Assembly (NCBI GenBank): GCA_017938885.1
Contig: JAGBAS010000028.1
Coordinates: 909-64,908 of the forward strand
Reading direction: 5' to 3'
Length of the DNA stretch: 64,000 nucleotides
Source of the DNA: Clostridia bacterium
GTDB taxonomy: Bacteria > Bacillota > Clostridia > Oscillospirales > CAG-272
In this document: positions 26,117 to 37,125 of the stretch, piece by piece
Numbering within the stretch: the first letter of the stretch is position 1
Layout: each line of letters opens with the position of its first letter
Notes under the pieces: model-generated
What the model saw: only the letters and a program-made list of their open reading frames with translations
What the model was told of the DNA's origin: nothing
Database searches by the model: none
Translations under genes and position numbers: made by a program

Positions 26117-29100
26117 CTAAAATTGCATGGTCATCTGATCCGTCTCATTCACCCCATCCAGCACGTGATTCTGCCGCAGGATCTCCACCACGGCGGAGGT
26201 AAGCTTGGCTCTCGTTTTCATATCCTCTACCGAGAAGAAGGGTTCCTCGTCGCGGGCGGCCACGATGTTGGCGGCGGCGTTCTCGCCCAGACCGGCGAGG
26301 GAGGCGAAGGGAAGGCGGATCTTGTCGTTCTCGGGGACGTACTCGTCGGCGGTAGACTTTTCCAGGTCCACGGGGAGGAAGCCGATGCCGCGGGCGTAGG
26401 CCTCGTTGACCAGCTGGAGGACGGGGAGGCTCTGGGTCTCCTTGGGGGAGGCCTCGTTCTTCTGAGAGCGGGTCTCGATATCCTTGATGTAGTCGGCCAC
26501 CGCCTTCTTTCCCTTCATGACCAGAGCGCCGTCAAAGCCCAGGGGCTGGACCGTGAACATGGCACAGTAAAAGGCCAGGGGGATATGCACCTTATACCAG
26601 CCCAAACGGATAGCTGACATATCGTAAGCGGCGGCATGGGCCTTGGGGAACATGTACTTGATCTTCTTACAGGAGGCGATGTACCAGTCGGGCACGCCCA
26701 CCTCCCGCATTTCGGCCTCGTACTCGGGGGTCAGTCCCTTGCCCTTACGCACCATTTCCATGATCTTGAAGGCGTGGGATTTCTCCACTCCGTAGCGGAT
26801 GAGAGCCAGCATGATATCGTCTCTCGTTCCGATAACCTGGGAAATGTTGCAGGTTCCGTTGGCGATGAGCTCCTGGGCATTGCCCGTCCAGACGTCGGTG
26901 CCGTGGGATAGACCCGAAATTTGCAGAAGGTCGGAGAAGGTTTGGGGCTTACATTCCTCCAGCATCTTGATGACGAAGCGGGTACCCAGCTCGGGCAGAC
27001 CCAACGTGCCGAGAGTACAGCCGATCTCCTCGGGGGATGCCCCCAGGGGCTTGGTTCCCAGGAACAGCTCATAGATGGAGCGGTCGTTCATAGGCACATC
27101 CAGCACCGAGGTATCGGAATACTTTTCCAGGTACTTATATTTGGTCGGCATATCGTGGCCCAGCTCGTCCAGCTTGAGGAGGGTATCGTGGAGGTACTCG
27201 AAGGTAAAGTGGGTGGTGACGATATCCGAATTGGGATCGTCGGCGGGGTGCTGAACGGGGCAGAAATCGTAGATCTCCAGATGCTTGGGGACCACCACAA
27301 TGCCGCCGGGGTGCTGACCCGTGGTGCGCTTGACACCCACGCAGTGGGCAGTGAGGCGGTTGGCCTCGGCGCGGTTGACGCTGATCTTCTTGTCCTCCAG
27401 GTACTTCATGACGAAACCGTAGGCAGTCTTGTCTGCCAGAGCACCGATGGTCCCCGCACGGAAAACGTTCTCGGCACCGAACAGCTCCTCGGTGTACTTG
27501 TGGACCTTGCCCTGGACCTCGCCCGAGAAGTTCAAATCAATATCGGGGGATTTGTCTCCGTAGAAGCCGAGGAAGGTCTCGAAGGGGATATCGTGGCCGT
27601 CGTAGTTGAGCTTACGTCCGCAGTTGGGACAGATCTTGTCGGGGAGGTCGAAGCCCGAGAAAACCCCGATCTTTTTGGCGGTCTCAAAGTCGGAATACTT
27701 ACAATCGGGGCACCAGTAGTGGGGGGGCAAGGGATTCACCTCGGATATGCCCGCCAGATTGGCGACGACGGATGAGCCCACAGAGCCTCGGGAGCCCACG
27801 AGGTAGCCTTGAGACTCGGAATAGGCCACCAGCTTTTGGGCGATCATGTACAGCACCGCGAAGCCGTTTTTAATAATGGAAGGAAGCTCCCTCTCCAATC
27901 TGTCCTTGACGATCTCGGGGAGGGGGTCACCATAGCGAGACTTGGCGGTCTCGTAGCAGATGCGCTCCAGGTCCTCGTTAGCGCCCTCCATCTCGGGGTT
28001 GAAGGTACCCTTGGGGAAGGGGCGGATGCCGTCCTCGATCATGTCGGCAATCATGTTGGTGTTGGTAACCACCACCTCGAAGGCCTTTTCCTCGCCGAGG
28101 TAGGCGAATTCCTCCAGCATTTCCTCGGTGGTGCGGAGGTAGAGTCCGCTGTCCTTGTCGAAGTCCTTGAACTTCATGCCCGCCTGGAGAATCTTGCGGT
28201 AGACGTCGTCCTCGGGGTTGAGGAAGTGGGCGTCGCAGGTGGCCACCACGGGCTTGCCGTACTGCTCGCCCAGGGCGACCACGCGGCGGTTGAGGTTGCG
28301 GAGCTCCTCCTCGTCCTTGAACTTGCCTTCATCGATCAGAAAGCGGTTATTGCAAATCGGCTGGATCTCCAGGTAGTCGTAGAACTTGACGATCTCGGCG
28401 ATATCCGCATCGGGGCGGTTGTCGATGATAGCCCGCATGAGCTCGCCCGCCTCGCAGGCAGAGCCCACCAGCAATCCTTCCCTGTGCTTTTCCAGCTCGG
28501 TCTTGGGAATGCGGGGGTTGCGGCGGTAGTATTTAAGGTAGCTGTAGGAGACCAGCTTGTAGAGGTTCTTCAGTCCCTCCTTGTTCTTGACCAAAAGCAC
28601 CTGGTGGTAGGGGCGAAGCTTGAGGGGGTCGGTCTTTTCGGCCATCTCGCTTACCAGCTTATCGTAGGTGCGGACGTCCTGCTCGTCCAGATCGCGGAGC
28701 ATACAGAAATAGATTTCGGCCAGCATAGCGGCGTCGTCGCAGGCACGGTGGTGGTTGAAGTCGCCGAGCTCGTAGTGACCTGCCACGGTATCCAGCTTGT
28801 GATTTTTCAGGTCGGGGAGCAGAAAGCGAGCCAGGGCCAAGGTATCCAGGTAGGGGTTCTTGAACTCGTACCCGCAGCGCACCGAGGCGGCGCGGATGAA
28901 GCCGGTATCGAAGTCGGCGTTGTGGGCAATGAGGAGGACTTCCCCACCCGTGTCGGATCGTTTGCCCACGAAGTCGAAGAAGGCTTTCAGGGCCTCGGCC
29001 TCGGAGGGAGCATCCTTGACCATATCGTCGGTGATGCCCGTGAGCTTGACAATCTCCTCGGGGATGGGCATCTCGGGGTTGACGAAGGTGTTGAAGTTAT

Positions 29101-30577
29101 CCAGGACTTGTCCGTCTCGGATCTTCACCGCGCCGATCTCGGTCATGCGGCAGTTCTGGACAGAAAGGCCCGTGGTCTCGATATCGAAGACCACCGCTTC
29201 CCCGTTCATGTGACCGGGGCAGTCGCCGTAGAGGGCGGAGGCGGTGTTGTTGACGAAGTAGGCCTCCATGCCCCAGATGACCTTCTGGCCAATCTTCTCG
29301 GCGGTGAGCATGGCTTCCTGGTAGGCCTGGACGTTGCCGTGGTCGGTGATGGCGATGGCGGAGTGCCCCCACTTGTTCGCCTGCTTGACCAGGTCAGAGG
29401 GAGGAATGATGGCGTCCATGGAGGACATCTGGGTATGGACGTGGAGCTCCACCCGCTTCATGTCGGCCTTATCCTTGCGGGCGGCACGGCTGATCTTAGC
29501 AATAGCGTTGTGGTAGAAGAGCAGGTCCGGGCCTTCGGTCTTGTCCCGCCGCATTTCACGCTTGGTGTAACCCCGCAGGGCCAGCACCGCGCCGTTGGAG
29601 ACCACCGAGCAGATGGCGTCGGCATCCTCGGGCAAAACGCCGTTCGCCCGCACCTCGATAGAGGCGGAATTGTCGGTGAGGTCGAAGGTGATATTGAACT
29701 TATCGCCCTGCCTGGTGGGTTCCTTGGTGAAGCCGAACACCTCACCCAGAATGACGATGTTGCGCATGGGCTTGTCCACCGCCGACAGGGGAGTGGGAAC
29801 CATATCGAACTGACCGCCCACGGCGTATTCGGGGGAGGAGATATCGAAGTCCATAAAGCCGATCCTCACCCGCCCGTTCTCGATGACGGGGGTCTGCACC
29901 GCGCCGCTTCCCTCCCCAAAAAGGGTCTGGACGCGGGGAAGAATTTCGGCTTCCTCAGCGGGCTTGGAATTCTGCTGTCCCTGCTCGGCGGCTCTGCGCT
30001 CGGTTTGAGACATGGAATACTGACGGTCGGCCTCGGCGATCTGACGGTCCATGGCGGCCAGCCGCTCGGCCTGGCTCTCATACATCATGTCGTCGTTGAA
30101 ATCCTCGGCGATCTCGATACTTACGTGGATCTCCAGGCCAAATTCACTATGTAAGATACGCCCCATGATGTCGGGGGTATGGGCGTCTCGGATGAGTCGG
30201 ATGCCCGCCTCGGAAAAGGGGATACGGATGGTGAGGATATCCTCCTTCAGCTCATAGCGATAGTTGCGGAAAAAGCCTTTGGCCACGATGCCCACCCGCT
30301 CTGTCTCCTTGAGAAGCTCGGGGACGTAGGCGGCGGTGAACAGCTCGGAGGGGTAGTGAGGGAGGAATTTGACATAATTCAGCTCGTAGGTCTTGGCGAC
30401 CTCCTCCTCAATGCGGTAGAGCTCGTCCTTCTCCACAAGGCGATCGAAGGACAGCTCCATCTGGAGAGCGCGGTTTTCCTTATCGGCGCGGGTCACGGGG
30501 TTTTGTGCCCTCTCCAGTATAGCGCGGGCGGTGGAATCGGGGGTATAGCGGTTGAGTATTTCCGGTACGGTTTTCAT
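26117..30577 (-). CDS. polC: DNA polymerase III PolC-type (Gram-positive replicative polymerase)
   Basis: 1486 aa. PHP motif VELHVHTQMS, inserted 3'-5' exonuclease VVFDIETTGLS...HNADFD...HRACDDA, and the polymerase core. Confidence 0.97.
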   Translation of the reverse strand: MKTVPEILNRYTPDSTARAILERAQNPVTRADKENRALQMELSFDRLVEKDELYRIEEEVAKTYELNYVKFLPHYPSELFTAAYVPELLKETERVGIVAKGFFRNYRYELKEDILTIRIPFSEAGIRLIRDAHTPDIMGRILHSEFGLEIHVSIEIAEDFNDDMMYESQAERLAAMDRQIAEADRQYSMSQTERRAAEQGQQNSKPAEEAEILPRVQTLFGEGSGAVQTPVIENGRVRIGFMDFDISSPEYAVGGQFDMVPTPLSAVDKPMRNIVILGEVFGFTKEPTRQGDKFNITFDLTDNSASIEVRANGVLPEDADAICSVVSNGAVLALRGYTKREMRRDKTEGPDLLFYHNAIAKISRAARKDKADMKRVELHVHTQMSSMDAIIPPSDLVKQANKWGHSAIAITDHGNVQAYQEAMLTAEKIGQKVIWGMEAYFVNNTASALYGDCPGHMNGEAVVFDIETTGLSVQNCRMTEIGAVKIRDGQVLDNFNTFVNPEMPIPEEIVKLTGITDDMVKDAPSEAEALKAFFDFVGKRSDTGGEVLLIAHNADFDTGFIRAASVRCGYEFKNPYLDTLALARFLLPDLKNHKLDTVAGHYELGDFNHHRACDDAAMLAEIYFCMLRDLDEQDVRTYDKLVSEMAEKTDPLKLRPYHQVLLVKNKEGLKNLYKLVSYSYLKYYRRNPRIPKTELEKHREGLLVGSACEAGELMRAIIDNRPDADIAEIVKFYDYLEIQPICNNRFLIDEGKFKDEEELRNLNRRVVALGEQYGKPVVATCDAHFLNPEDDVYRKILQAGMKFKDFDKDSGLYLRTTEEMLEEFAYLGEEKAFEVVVTNTNMIADMIEDGIRPFPKGTFNPEMEGANEDLERICYETAKSRYGDPLPEIVKDRLERELPSIIKNGFAVLYMIAQKLVAYSESQGYLVGSRGSVGSSVVANLAGISEVNPLPPHYWCPDCKYSDFETAKKIGVFSGFDLPDKICPNCGRKLNYDGHDIPFETFLGFYGDKSPDIDLNFSGEVQGKVHKYTEELFGAENVFRAGTIGALADKTAYGFVMKYLEDKKISVNRAEANRLTAHCVGVKRTTGQHPGGIVVVPKHLEIYDFCPVQHPADDPNSDIVTTHFTFEYLHDTLLKLDELGHDMPTKYKYLEKYSDTSVLDVPMNDRSIYELFLGTKPLGASPEEIGCTLGTLGLPELGTRFVIKMLEECKPQTFSDLLQISGLSHGTDVWTGNAQELIANGTCNISQVIGTRDDIMLALIRYGVEKSHAFKIMEMVRKGKGLTPEYEAEMREVGVPDWYIASCKKIKYMFPKAHAAAYDMSAIRLGWYKVHIPLAFYCAMFTVQPLGFDGALVMKGKKAVADYIKDIETRSQKNEASPKETQSLPVLQLVNEAYARGIGFLPVDLEKSTADEYVPENDKIRLPFASLAGLGENAAANIVAARDEEPFFSVEDMKTRAKLTSAVVEILRQNHVLDGVNETDQMTMQF

Positions 30578-30666
30578 GGTCTGTTTTCACTTTCTTGTTG
30601 CGGGGGGTGGCGTCCCGCTGTTATGTTTTAAATAATGTTCATAATGCGCCTTCAGCGCGAGATTCT

Positions 30667-31749
30667 TTACCGTTTGAACTCTTTCAGCTTTTCAATCAAA
30701 GTCGGGATCACGGCCTCCTCGGAGATCTTCCCCAGGATCTCCCCCTTGGCAAAGAGCAACGCTTCCCCCTTGCCCCCCGCGATACCGATATCGGCTTCAC
30801 GGGCTTCCCCGGGGCCGTTGACGATACAGCCCATGAGAGCAACCTTCACGGGGAGGGTATCCAGCCCTTCGGCGCGGACGGCGGCTTCAAAGCGGGCATG
30901 AAGATCAATGAGGTCGATCTTGGTGCGGCCGCAGGTGGGACAGGAGACGATCTGAAGGCCGCACTGGCCTTCAATTTCAAGGGCGTTGAGGATCTTGCGG
31001 GCGGCGGCGATCTCGGCTACGGGGTCGGCGGTGAGGGACACACGGAAGGTATCTCCGATGCCGTCACAGAGGAGGGCCCCGATGCCCGCGGCGGACTTCA
31101 CCAGTCCCATCTCGGCGCCTCCCGCCTCGGTGACACCCAGATGGAGAGGGTAGGGGCAGGACTTGGCCAGCAGGCGGTTGGCGGCGATCATATTCGGCAC
31201 CGTAGAGGCCTTGATGGAGATGACGATATTTCTGTAGTCGTACTTCTCCAGCAGGGCGGCGTGGTACAGACCGCTCTCGCAGAGGGCCTTGGGGGTGGGG
31301 GAGCCGTATTTGGCCAGGATATGCTTTTCCAGGGAGCCGCTGTTGACCCCGATGCGGATGGGGATATTCTTCGCCTTACAGGCGTCCACCACGGCCTTGA
31401 CCTTATCGTCATCCCCGATGTTGCCGGGGTTGATGCGGATCTTGTCCACGCCGTACTCGGCGCATTTGAGGGCGACCTTATAGTCGAAGTGAATATCCGC
31501 CACGATGGGGGTGGTGATGCCCTCCTCCTTGATGGCGAGGATGGTCCCCGCCGCCTCCACGTCGGGTACGGTGATGCGGACGATATCGCACCCCGCCGAG
31601 GCCAGTGCTTTGATCTGGGCGATGGTGGCCTCTGCGTCGTGGGTGTCGGTATTGGTCATGGACTGGATAGCGATGGGGTTCTGACCGCCAATGGTGACTT
31701 TGCCGATCCTCACCTCGGGGGTAGGACGGCGGATGGCGTTATAATTCAT
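30667..31749 (-). CDS. ispG: 4-hydroxy-3-methylbut-2-en-1-yl diphosphate synthase
   Basis: VRIGKVTIGGQNPIAIQSMTNTDTHD...VRITVPD...SCPTCGRT...MGCIVNGPGE. Confidence 0.95.
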   Translation of the reverse strand: MNYNAIRRPTPEVRIGKVTIGGQNPIAIQSMTNTDTHDAEATIAQIKALASAGCDIVRITVPDVEAAGTILAIKEEGITTPIVADIHFDYKVALKCAEYGVDKIRINPGNIGDDDKVKAVVDACKAKNIPIRIGVNSGSLEKHILAKYGSPTPKALCESGLYHAALLEKYDYRNIVISIKASTVPNMIAANRLLAKSCPYPLHLGVTEAGGAEMGLVKSAAGIGALLCDGIGDTFRVSLTADPVAEIAAARKILNALEIEGQCGLQIVSCPTCGRTKIDLIDLHARFEAAVRAEGLDTLPVKVALMGCIVNGPGEAREADIGIAGGKGEALLFAKGEILGKISEEAVIPTLIEKLKEFKR

Positions 31750-31762
31750 GGAAAAACCTCCG

Positions 31763-32836
31763 TCAGAAGATCATGAAAAGGTCCTTAAACGCGATCACGG
31801 CGGTGAGCATGAGCAGAAGCGTCATCCCCAGCCCGTGTACCGTAGCCTCAAATTTTGGGTTGACGGGCTTACCGAAGCGCAGAATCTCGATGAGGCGGAA
31901 GAACACGCGGCCGCCGTCCAGAGCCGGCAGGGGGAGCATATTCATGACGCCGAGATTCATGGCGATGAGGGCGAAAAGGTAGAGGATATTCCACACCGCC
32001 ATGGGCTGGGAGGCTACCTCGGCCACCGCCGAGGACACGCCGATGGGGCCGGACATGGAGGCCAGCGTAAAGCGTCCTGAGATAATTCCCTTAATGGAGT
32101 CGAAGACCATCTTGACCGAGGATACCGAACGGTAAAATGTGGTTTTCAGCACGTTACCGACGGTGGTCTCACCGGCCAGGACGTAGAAGTCCATGCTCCC
32201 CAGCTCGATGCCGTCCTCGATGCCCGAGGGGAACACCACCTGAGGGATCAAAATCTCCTGCCCGTCCCGCTCCACCACCACGTCCACGGGCTTGTAGCCG
32301 TTGAACATGATCTCGTAGGAGAGGTCGTAGCCCGTGTGGACCTTGACGCCGTCCACGCGAAGGATGCGATCCCCCTCCTCCAGGCCCGTAACGTAGCTGG
32401 ATGCACCGGGGGTGAACTCGGCCACGGTGGTGGAGGGGAGCTTATAGCCCGCCAGAGTCATGCCACTCACCAGGATCAGCATGGCGAGAGCACCCGTCAG
32501 AACGTTCATAGCGGCACCCGCCACCAGAATGAGGAGGCGTTGCCAGGGATTCTTTTTGTTGAAGGCGTTGGGGTCGTTCTCTTCCCCCTCCTTGTCCTCA
32601 TCCTCCCCCGCCATGGAGACGTAGCCGCCGATGGGGAACAGACGGAGGGAGTATTGGATGCCCGTCTTTTTGGACGTAAAGCCTGCGAGGCGTTTGCCCA
32701 TGCCGAGGGAAAACTCGTAGATGGTAACGCGGCAGGCGCGGGCGGTGAGGTAGTGACCCAGCTCGTGGACAAAGATGAGGATGCCCATAAGGAACAGGGT
32801 CAGAGCGAGATAGAGCAAGGCGCGCAGAATAGCCAT
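31763..32836 (-). CDS. rseP: RIP site-2 metalloprotease RseP/RasP family
   Basis: HELGHY zinc motif, an internal PDZ-like segment and the distal NLLPLPALDGG motif. Confidence 0.9.
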   Translation of the reverse strand: MAILRALLYLALTLFLMGILIFVHELGHYLTARACRVTIYEFSLGMGKRLAGFTSKKTGIQYSLRLFPIGGYVSMAGEDEDKEGEENDPNAFNKKNPWQRLLILVAGAAMNVLTGALAMLILVSGMTLAGYKLPSTTVAEFTPGASSYVTGLEEGDRILRVDGVKVHTGYDLSYEIMFNGYKPVDVVVERDGQEILIPQVVFPSGIEDGIELGSMDFYVLAGETTVGNVLKTTFYRSVSSVKMVFDSIKGIISGRFTLASMSGPIGVSSAVAEVASQPMAVWNILYLFALIAMNLGVMNMLPLPALDGGRVFFRLIEILRFGKPVNPKFEATVHGLGMTLLLMLTAVIAFKDLFMIF

Positions 32837-32879
32837 AAGGAATGTGATTACCTCCGAAAGGATACTGAAAAGCAGAAAT

Positions 32880-34067
32880 TTAGCGGTTCAAAAGCCGGCG
32901 GGCGGTCTCACGGGCCAGGGTATCGGCCTCCATAAGGCGGTCGTAGCTGTGCCATGCGGCCGTGTAAGACAGGTCATGGACCGTGCGGCTCACCAGCTCG
33001 GGGATCTGACAGAAGCGGATGGAATCATCCAAGAACGCGGCCACCACGATTTCGTTGGCGGCGTTGAGAACGCAGGGGAGGGCACCTCCCTTTGCAATAC
33101 AGTCGCGGGCTAAAGCCAGGAGGGGGAAAACCTCGGTGTCGGGTCTGCCGAAGGTGAGCTTTCCGAGAGCGAAAAGGTCGGCTTGCTTGAGGGTCCCCTC
33201 GGCGGGGAGACGGCGGGGATGGGTGAGGGCGTACTGGACACAATGGCGCATATCCGGCACCGACATCTGAGCGATGATGCTATGGTCAATATATTCCACC
33301 ATGGAATGGATCATGCTCTCGCGGTGAACGATGACCTCCACCTTTTCGGGAGCTACGCCGAACAGATGCACTGCCTCGATGACCTCGAAGCCCTTGTTCA
33401 TGAGGGTGGCGGAGTCCACCGTGATCTTGGCCCCCATCTTCCAGGTGGGGTGGGCCAGGGTCATGGCCTTGGTGACGGATTGCAGCTGCTCCCCCGTGTA
33501 GCCGTAGAAGGGGCCGCCCGAGGCGGTCAGAAGGATGCGGTTGATCTCGTCGTGATGCCCCGCGCGGAGGCACTGGAAGATGGCGCAATGCTCGGAGTCC
33601 ACGGGGAGGATAGTGGTTCCCTTCTCGCGGGCCAGGGACATGACCAACTCGCCACCCACCACCAGGGATTCCTTATTGGCCAGGGCCAGCTTATGGCCCG
33701 CCTTCAGGGTCTCCAGGGTGGGGAGGAGGCCCGCCTCGCCCAAGATGGAGTTCTCGACAGTGATGCCCAGGGGGTTGTCGGTCTTGACGGCATGGAGCAT
33801 TTCGGTGATGCCCTCAAAGCCCGCCAGCACACGGGTGGAGGTATCCGCCACTCGGGCGCGGAGGTCGGAGGCGGCGGTCTCGTCGGTCATGACCGCGAAG
33901 TCGGGGTGGAATTCTCTGACCTGGGCCTCCACCGTCGCCACGCTTCTGTGGGCGGTGACGGCGCGGACGGGGATACGGTGGGCGCGGGCTACGTCCATCG
34001 CCTGCTCGCCCACCGAGCCGGTGGAGCCGAGGACTATGAGGTCGGGATAATGGGAATCGTACTTCAT
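32880..34067 (-). CDS. dxr: 1-deoxy-D-xylulose 5-phosphate reductoisomerase
   Basis: LGSTGSVGEQA...LANKESLV...PVDSEHCAIFQC...LTASGGPF. The ATG start at 34067 has GGAG 8 nt upstream. Confidence 0.95.
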   Translation of the reverse strand: MKYDSHYPDLIVLGSTGSVGEQAMDVARAHRIPVRAVTAHRSVATVEAQVREFHPDFAVMTDETAASDLRARVADTSTRVLAGFEGITEMLHAVKTDNPLGITVENSILGEAGLLPTLETLKAGHKLALANKESLVVGGELVMSLAREKGTTILPVDSEHCAIFQCLRAGHHDEINRILLTASGGPFYGYTGEQLQSVTKAMTLAHPTWKMGAKITVDSATLMNKGFEVIEAVHLFGVAPEKVEVIVHRESMIHSMVEYIDHSIIAQMSVPDMRHCVQYALTHPRRLPAEGTLKQADLFALGKLTFGRPDTEVFPLLALARDCIAKGGALPCVLNAANEIVVAAFLDDSIRFCQIPELVSRTVHDLSYTAAWHSYDRLMEADTLARETARRLLNR

Positions 34068-34079
34068 GAACACACTCCG

Positions 34080-34913
34080 TCAGATGCCCAGAGCGGTAAA
34101 CACCAAAAAGGACACCGTCAAAATAATGGATACGGCCAGTACCGAGTCGAAGCGATCCAACACACCGCCGTGGCCGGGGAAGATCTTGCCAAAGTCCTTG
34201 ATGCCGTACTTGCGCTTGAGCAAAGACAGGGAGAGATCGCCAACCTGGGAAACGACGGAAACCAAGAATCCCACCACGGCCATAGCCACGATCGACAATA
34301 CTCTGCCGTTCGCCCAGAAATGATTGTACAGGAATGCGTAGCCCACGAAGGCTAAGGTGCAGAACACCACACCGCCGACGGCTCCCTCTACGGTCTTCTT
34401 GGGACTGACATCCGGAATGAGCTTGTGTCTGCCCAGAAGCATCCCCGTAAAGTAGGCAAAGGTATCGGTGACCCAGGCTCCGATGAAGGCCAAAAGATAG
34501 AGATATTTACCCCCGGGGATGGCATCGTGAATCATCATGATGCCGGCAAAGCCGATAAGGGTATACAGCCAAAGCATAAAGGAGGTACTGACGTCGCGGA
34601 TATCGGCCTTCCCATGGGAAAAGACGGCGACTGCCAACAGATACAGGAGCAACACGCAGAGTGCCAGCGGCAGGATCACGATACTCGGAATCGGGATGAA
34701 ACGAAGCCCGAAGGGGAGTGCCGCCGACACAAGATACAGGGGAATGGATACCCATAGATTCCTATGTAGCCCAACGCAGTGCAACACCTCGTAGGCGGCG
34801 AGGATACCGACCAGCGCGATGGCAATGGGAAGAACCACCGTATCGGCAAAAAAGAGAACGGGTACTAAAACAAAGCAGAATGCAATCACACCGGTCAAGA
34901 TGCGTTTCAACAT
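34080..34913 (-). CDS. cdsA: Phosphatidate cytidylyltransferase
   Basis: Polytopic membrane protein with the C-terminal CDS signature SLLKRKYGIKDFGKIFPGHGGVLDRFDS. Confidence 0.9.
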   Translation of the reverse strand: MLKRILTGVIAFCFVLVPVLFFADTVVLPIAIALVGILAAYEVLHCVGLHRNLWVSIPLYLVSAALPFGLRFIPIPSIVILPLALCVLLLYLLAVAVFSHGKADIRDVSTSFMLWLYTLIGFAGIMMIHDAIPGGKYLYLLAFIGAWVTDTFAYFTGMLLGRHKLIPDVSPKKTVEGAVGGVVFCTLAFVGYAFLYNHFWANGRVLSIVAMAVVGFLVSVVSQVGDLSLSLLKRKYGIKDFGKIFPGHGGVLDRFDSVLAVSIILTVSFLVFTALGI

Positions 34914-34949
34914 GGTATTCTACCTGACTTTCTATGAATTATGCAAGGG

Positions 34950-35681
34950 TCAAAGCCCCCCGTAACGGCGTTTGCGGGAGTAGAAATCGCGGACCATCTC
35001 ATCCACGTCAGCAGGGGTGAGGTCGGGCCAGAGCTTGTCGGTGAAGTAGAGCTCGGCGTAAGCCGCCTGCCAGAGCAGGAAGTTGGAAATGCGGAGGTCG
35101 CCCCCCGTGCGCACGATCATGTCGGGGTCCCCCGAATCCACCGTGTAGAGGGCGTTTGAGATATCCTCCTCGGTGACGGTAGCTTTGCCCTCTGCCGCGA
35201 GGGTGTTGAAGGCGTGGGTGATCTCGGCGCGGCCGCCGTAGTTGAGGGCTATGTTGAGAATCTGGTCGTATTCCTGATTCAAGGTTTCCACGTAAGTAAT
35301 CTTTTCACGGAGGGCGGGGGTCAGCACCGACAGGTCTCCGATGAATTTGAAGCGGTTATGGTACTGCTTGTAGTCCCGCTTCAGCTCCTCCAGGTAGCTG
35401 TCCAGGATGGCCATGATGGCGTCCACCTCGGCCTTGGGACGTTTCCAATTCTCGGTGGAGAAGGCGTAGACCGTGACGGCCTTGAAGCCCACGTCACAGC
35501 AGTAGATACAGATCTTCTTGAAGGTGGAGGAGCCAACCTTATGGCCGTACTCGCGGGGCATTCCCCGCTTCTTGGCCCAGCGGCCGTTGCCGTCCATAAT
35601 GAAGGCGATATGCTTGAAATGCTCGTCGAGCTTGGGAGCCTCGGGAGCAGCGATTTTGGGGTCTTTATTGAAAAGAGGCAT
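34950..35681 (-). CDS. uppS: Isoprenyl (undecaprenyl) diphosphate synthase
   Basis: HIAFIMDGNGRWAKKRGMPR...FSTENWKRP...RTGGDLRISNFLLWQAAYAELYF. The start at MPLFNK has an RBS (aaaggatcgctcATG). Confidence 0.93.
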   Translation of the reverse strand: MPLFNKDPKIAAPEAPKLDEHFKHIAFIMDGNGRWAKKRGMPREYGHKVGSSTFKKICIYCCDVGFKAVTVYAFSTENWKRPKAEVDAIMAILDSYLEELKRDYKQYHNRFKFIGDLSVLTPALREKITYVETLNQEYDQILNIALNYGGRAEITHAFNTLAAEGKATVTEEDISNALYTVDSGDPDMIVRTGGDLRISNFLLWQAAYAELYFTDKLWPDLTPADVDEMVRDFYSRKRRYGGL

Positions 35682-35788
35682 GAGCGATCCTTTCTTGGGA
35701 AGATTGACATAAAGGGCGGGCAATGTCGCCCGCCCCTCGCGTGTAGTATGCTCCTGTTTGGGTGAAGCCCGACCTTAGATGGCCGCCA

Positions 35789-36343
35789 TTAAATGGCCAT
35801 GAGCTCCTTCTCCTTGGCGGCGGTCAGCACATCCACCTTCTTGATGTACTTATCGGTGACGTCCTGGATGGCCTTCTCGGCGTCCTTGACCTCGTCCTCG
35901 GTCATGGTGCTGTCCTTCTTGGCCTTCTTGGTCTCGTCCATGGCATCGCGGCGGATGTTGCGGAGTGCCACCTTGGCCTCCTCGCCCATGCCCTTGACCT
36001 GCTTAGCCAGAGCCTTACGGCGCTCCTCGGTGAGCTGGGGGAAGATCATGCGGAGCACGGTACCGTCGTTCTGGGGGTTGATGCCGATGTCGGACATCTG
36101 GATGGCCTTCTCCATGGCCTTCAGGGTGGACTTGTCGTAGGGAGTGATGACCAGGGTGCGGGCATCCGACAGGGAGATGGCGGCCATATCCTTAATGGGG
36201 GTGGCGGCGCCGTAGTAGTCGAAGGTCACGCGGTTGAGCACGCCTGCGTTGGCCTGGCTGGCGCGGACGTCGGCGAGGTTGTTCTCGTAGGCGGTGATGG
36301 CCTTGTCCATTCTTCCCTCAAGGGGTTTGGTGTTGTACTTCAT
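35789..36343 (-). CDS. frr: Ribosome recycling factor
   Basis: 184 aa, ...VRASQANAGVLNRVTFDYYGAATPIKDMAAISLSDARTLVITPYDKS... Confidence 0.95.
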   Translation of the reverse strand: MKYNTKPLEGRMDKAITAYENNLADVRASQANAGVLNRVTFDYYGAATPIKDMAAISLSDARTLVITPYDKSTLKAMEKAIQMSDIGINPQNDGTVLRMIFPQLTEERRKALAKQVKGMGEEAKVALRNIRRDAMDETKKAKKDSTMTEDEVKDAEKAIQDVTDKYIKKVDVLTAAKEKELMAI

Positions 36344-36405
36344 GGCGGTGTTTCCTTTCTATGTTCCTGTGTATGGTTGTTTTGGTTTTGCGGCAATGGG
36401 GAGAC

Positions 36406-37125
36406 TCAATTGTGCATCCGCGTGCCCACGGGCTCGCCCATGACGGCGCGGTAGATGTTCTCGGGGTCGGCAAGGCCGAAGCCGTAGGCTTCAATGTCAT
36501 TATCCTTGCAAAAGATGACGGCGGACATATCGAAGGCGCGGAGATTCTTGTCCAGGATCTCGGTATAGGTCACGTCGTAGATGGGGGTGGCGGTGGGGTC
36601 CTTGCGGGGGTCGGCGGTGTAGAGGTAGTCGATGTTCTTGGCCATGAGGATGGCGTCGGCGCCGATCTCGGCGGCGCGGAGGGCGGCTCCTGTGTCGGTG
36701 GAGAAGTAGGGGGAGCCCGTACCGCCCGCGAAGATGCAGATCTTGCCCTCCTTCAAGAGGCGGTCAGCGTGGCGGGAGGTGTAGTGGTCAGCGTAGGTGT
36801 CCATCTCCACGGCGGACATGACCACGGTATCCATGCCGCCCCGGATGAAGGCATCCGACAGAGCGATGGCGTTCATGGTGGTGGCCAGCATACCCATGTG
36901 ATCGGCACGCGCTCTCTGCATTTTGACCGAGCCCGTAGCACCGCGCCAGATATTACCTGCGCCCACGACGATGCCGATCTCAACCCCCGCAGCCAAGCAC
37001 TTCTTCAGTACGGCGGCGATTCGGTCGATGAAGGTAAAATCCAGGATGGCGTCCTTCTGACCGTTGGCCAGGGCTTCACCCGAGAGCTTGAGGAGAATTC
37101 TGTGATATTTCGGCTGCTGATTCAT
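36406..37125 (-). CDS. pyrH: UMP kinase
   Basis: YHRILLKLSGEAL...VVGAGNIWRG... Confidence 0.95.
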   Translation of the reverse strand: MNQQPKYHRILLKLSGEALANGQKDAILDFTFIDRIAAVLKKCLAAGVEIGIVVGAGNIWRGATGSVKMQRARADHMGMLATTMNAIALSDAFIRGGMDTVVMSAVEMDTYADHYTSRHADRLLKEGKICIFAGGTGSPYFSTDTGAALRAAEIGADAILMAKNIDYLYTADPRKDPTATPIYDVTYTEILDKNLRAFDMSAVIFCKDNDIEAYGFGLADPENIYRAVMGEPVGTRMHN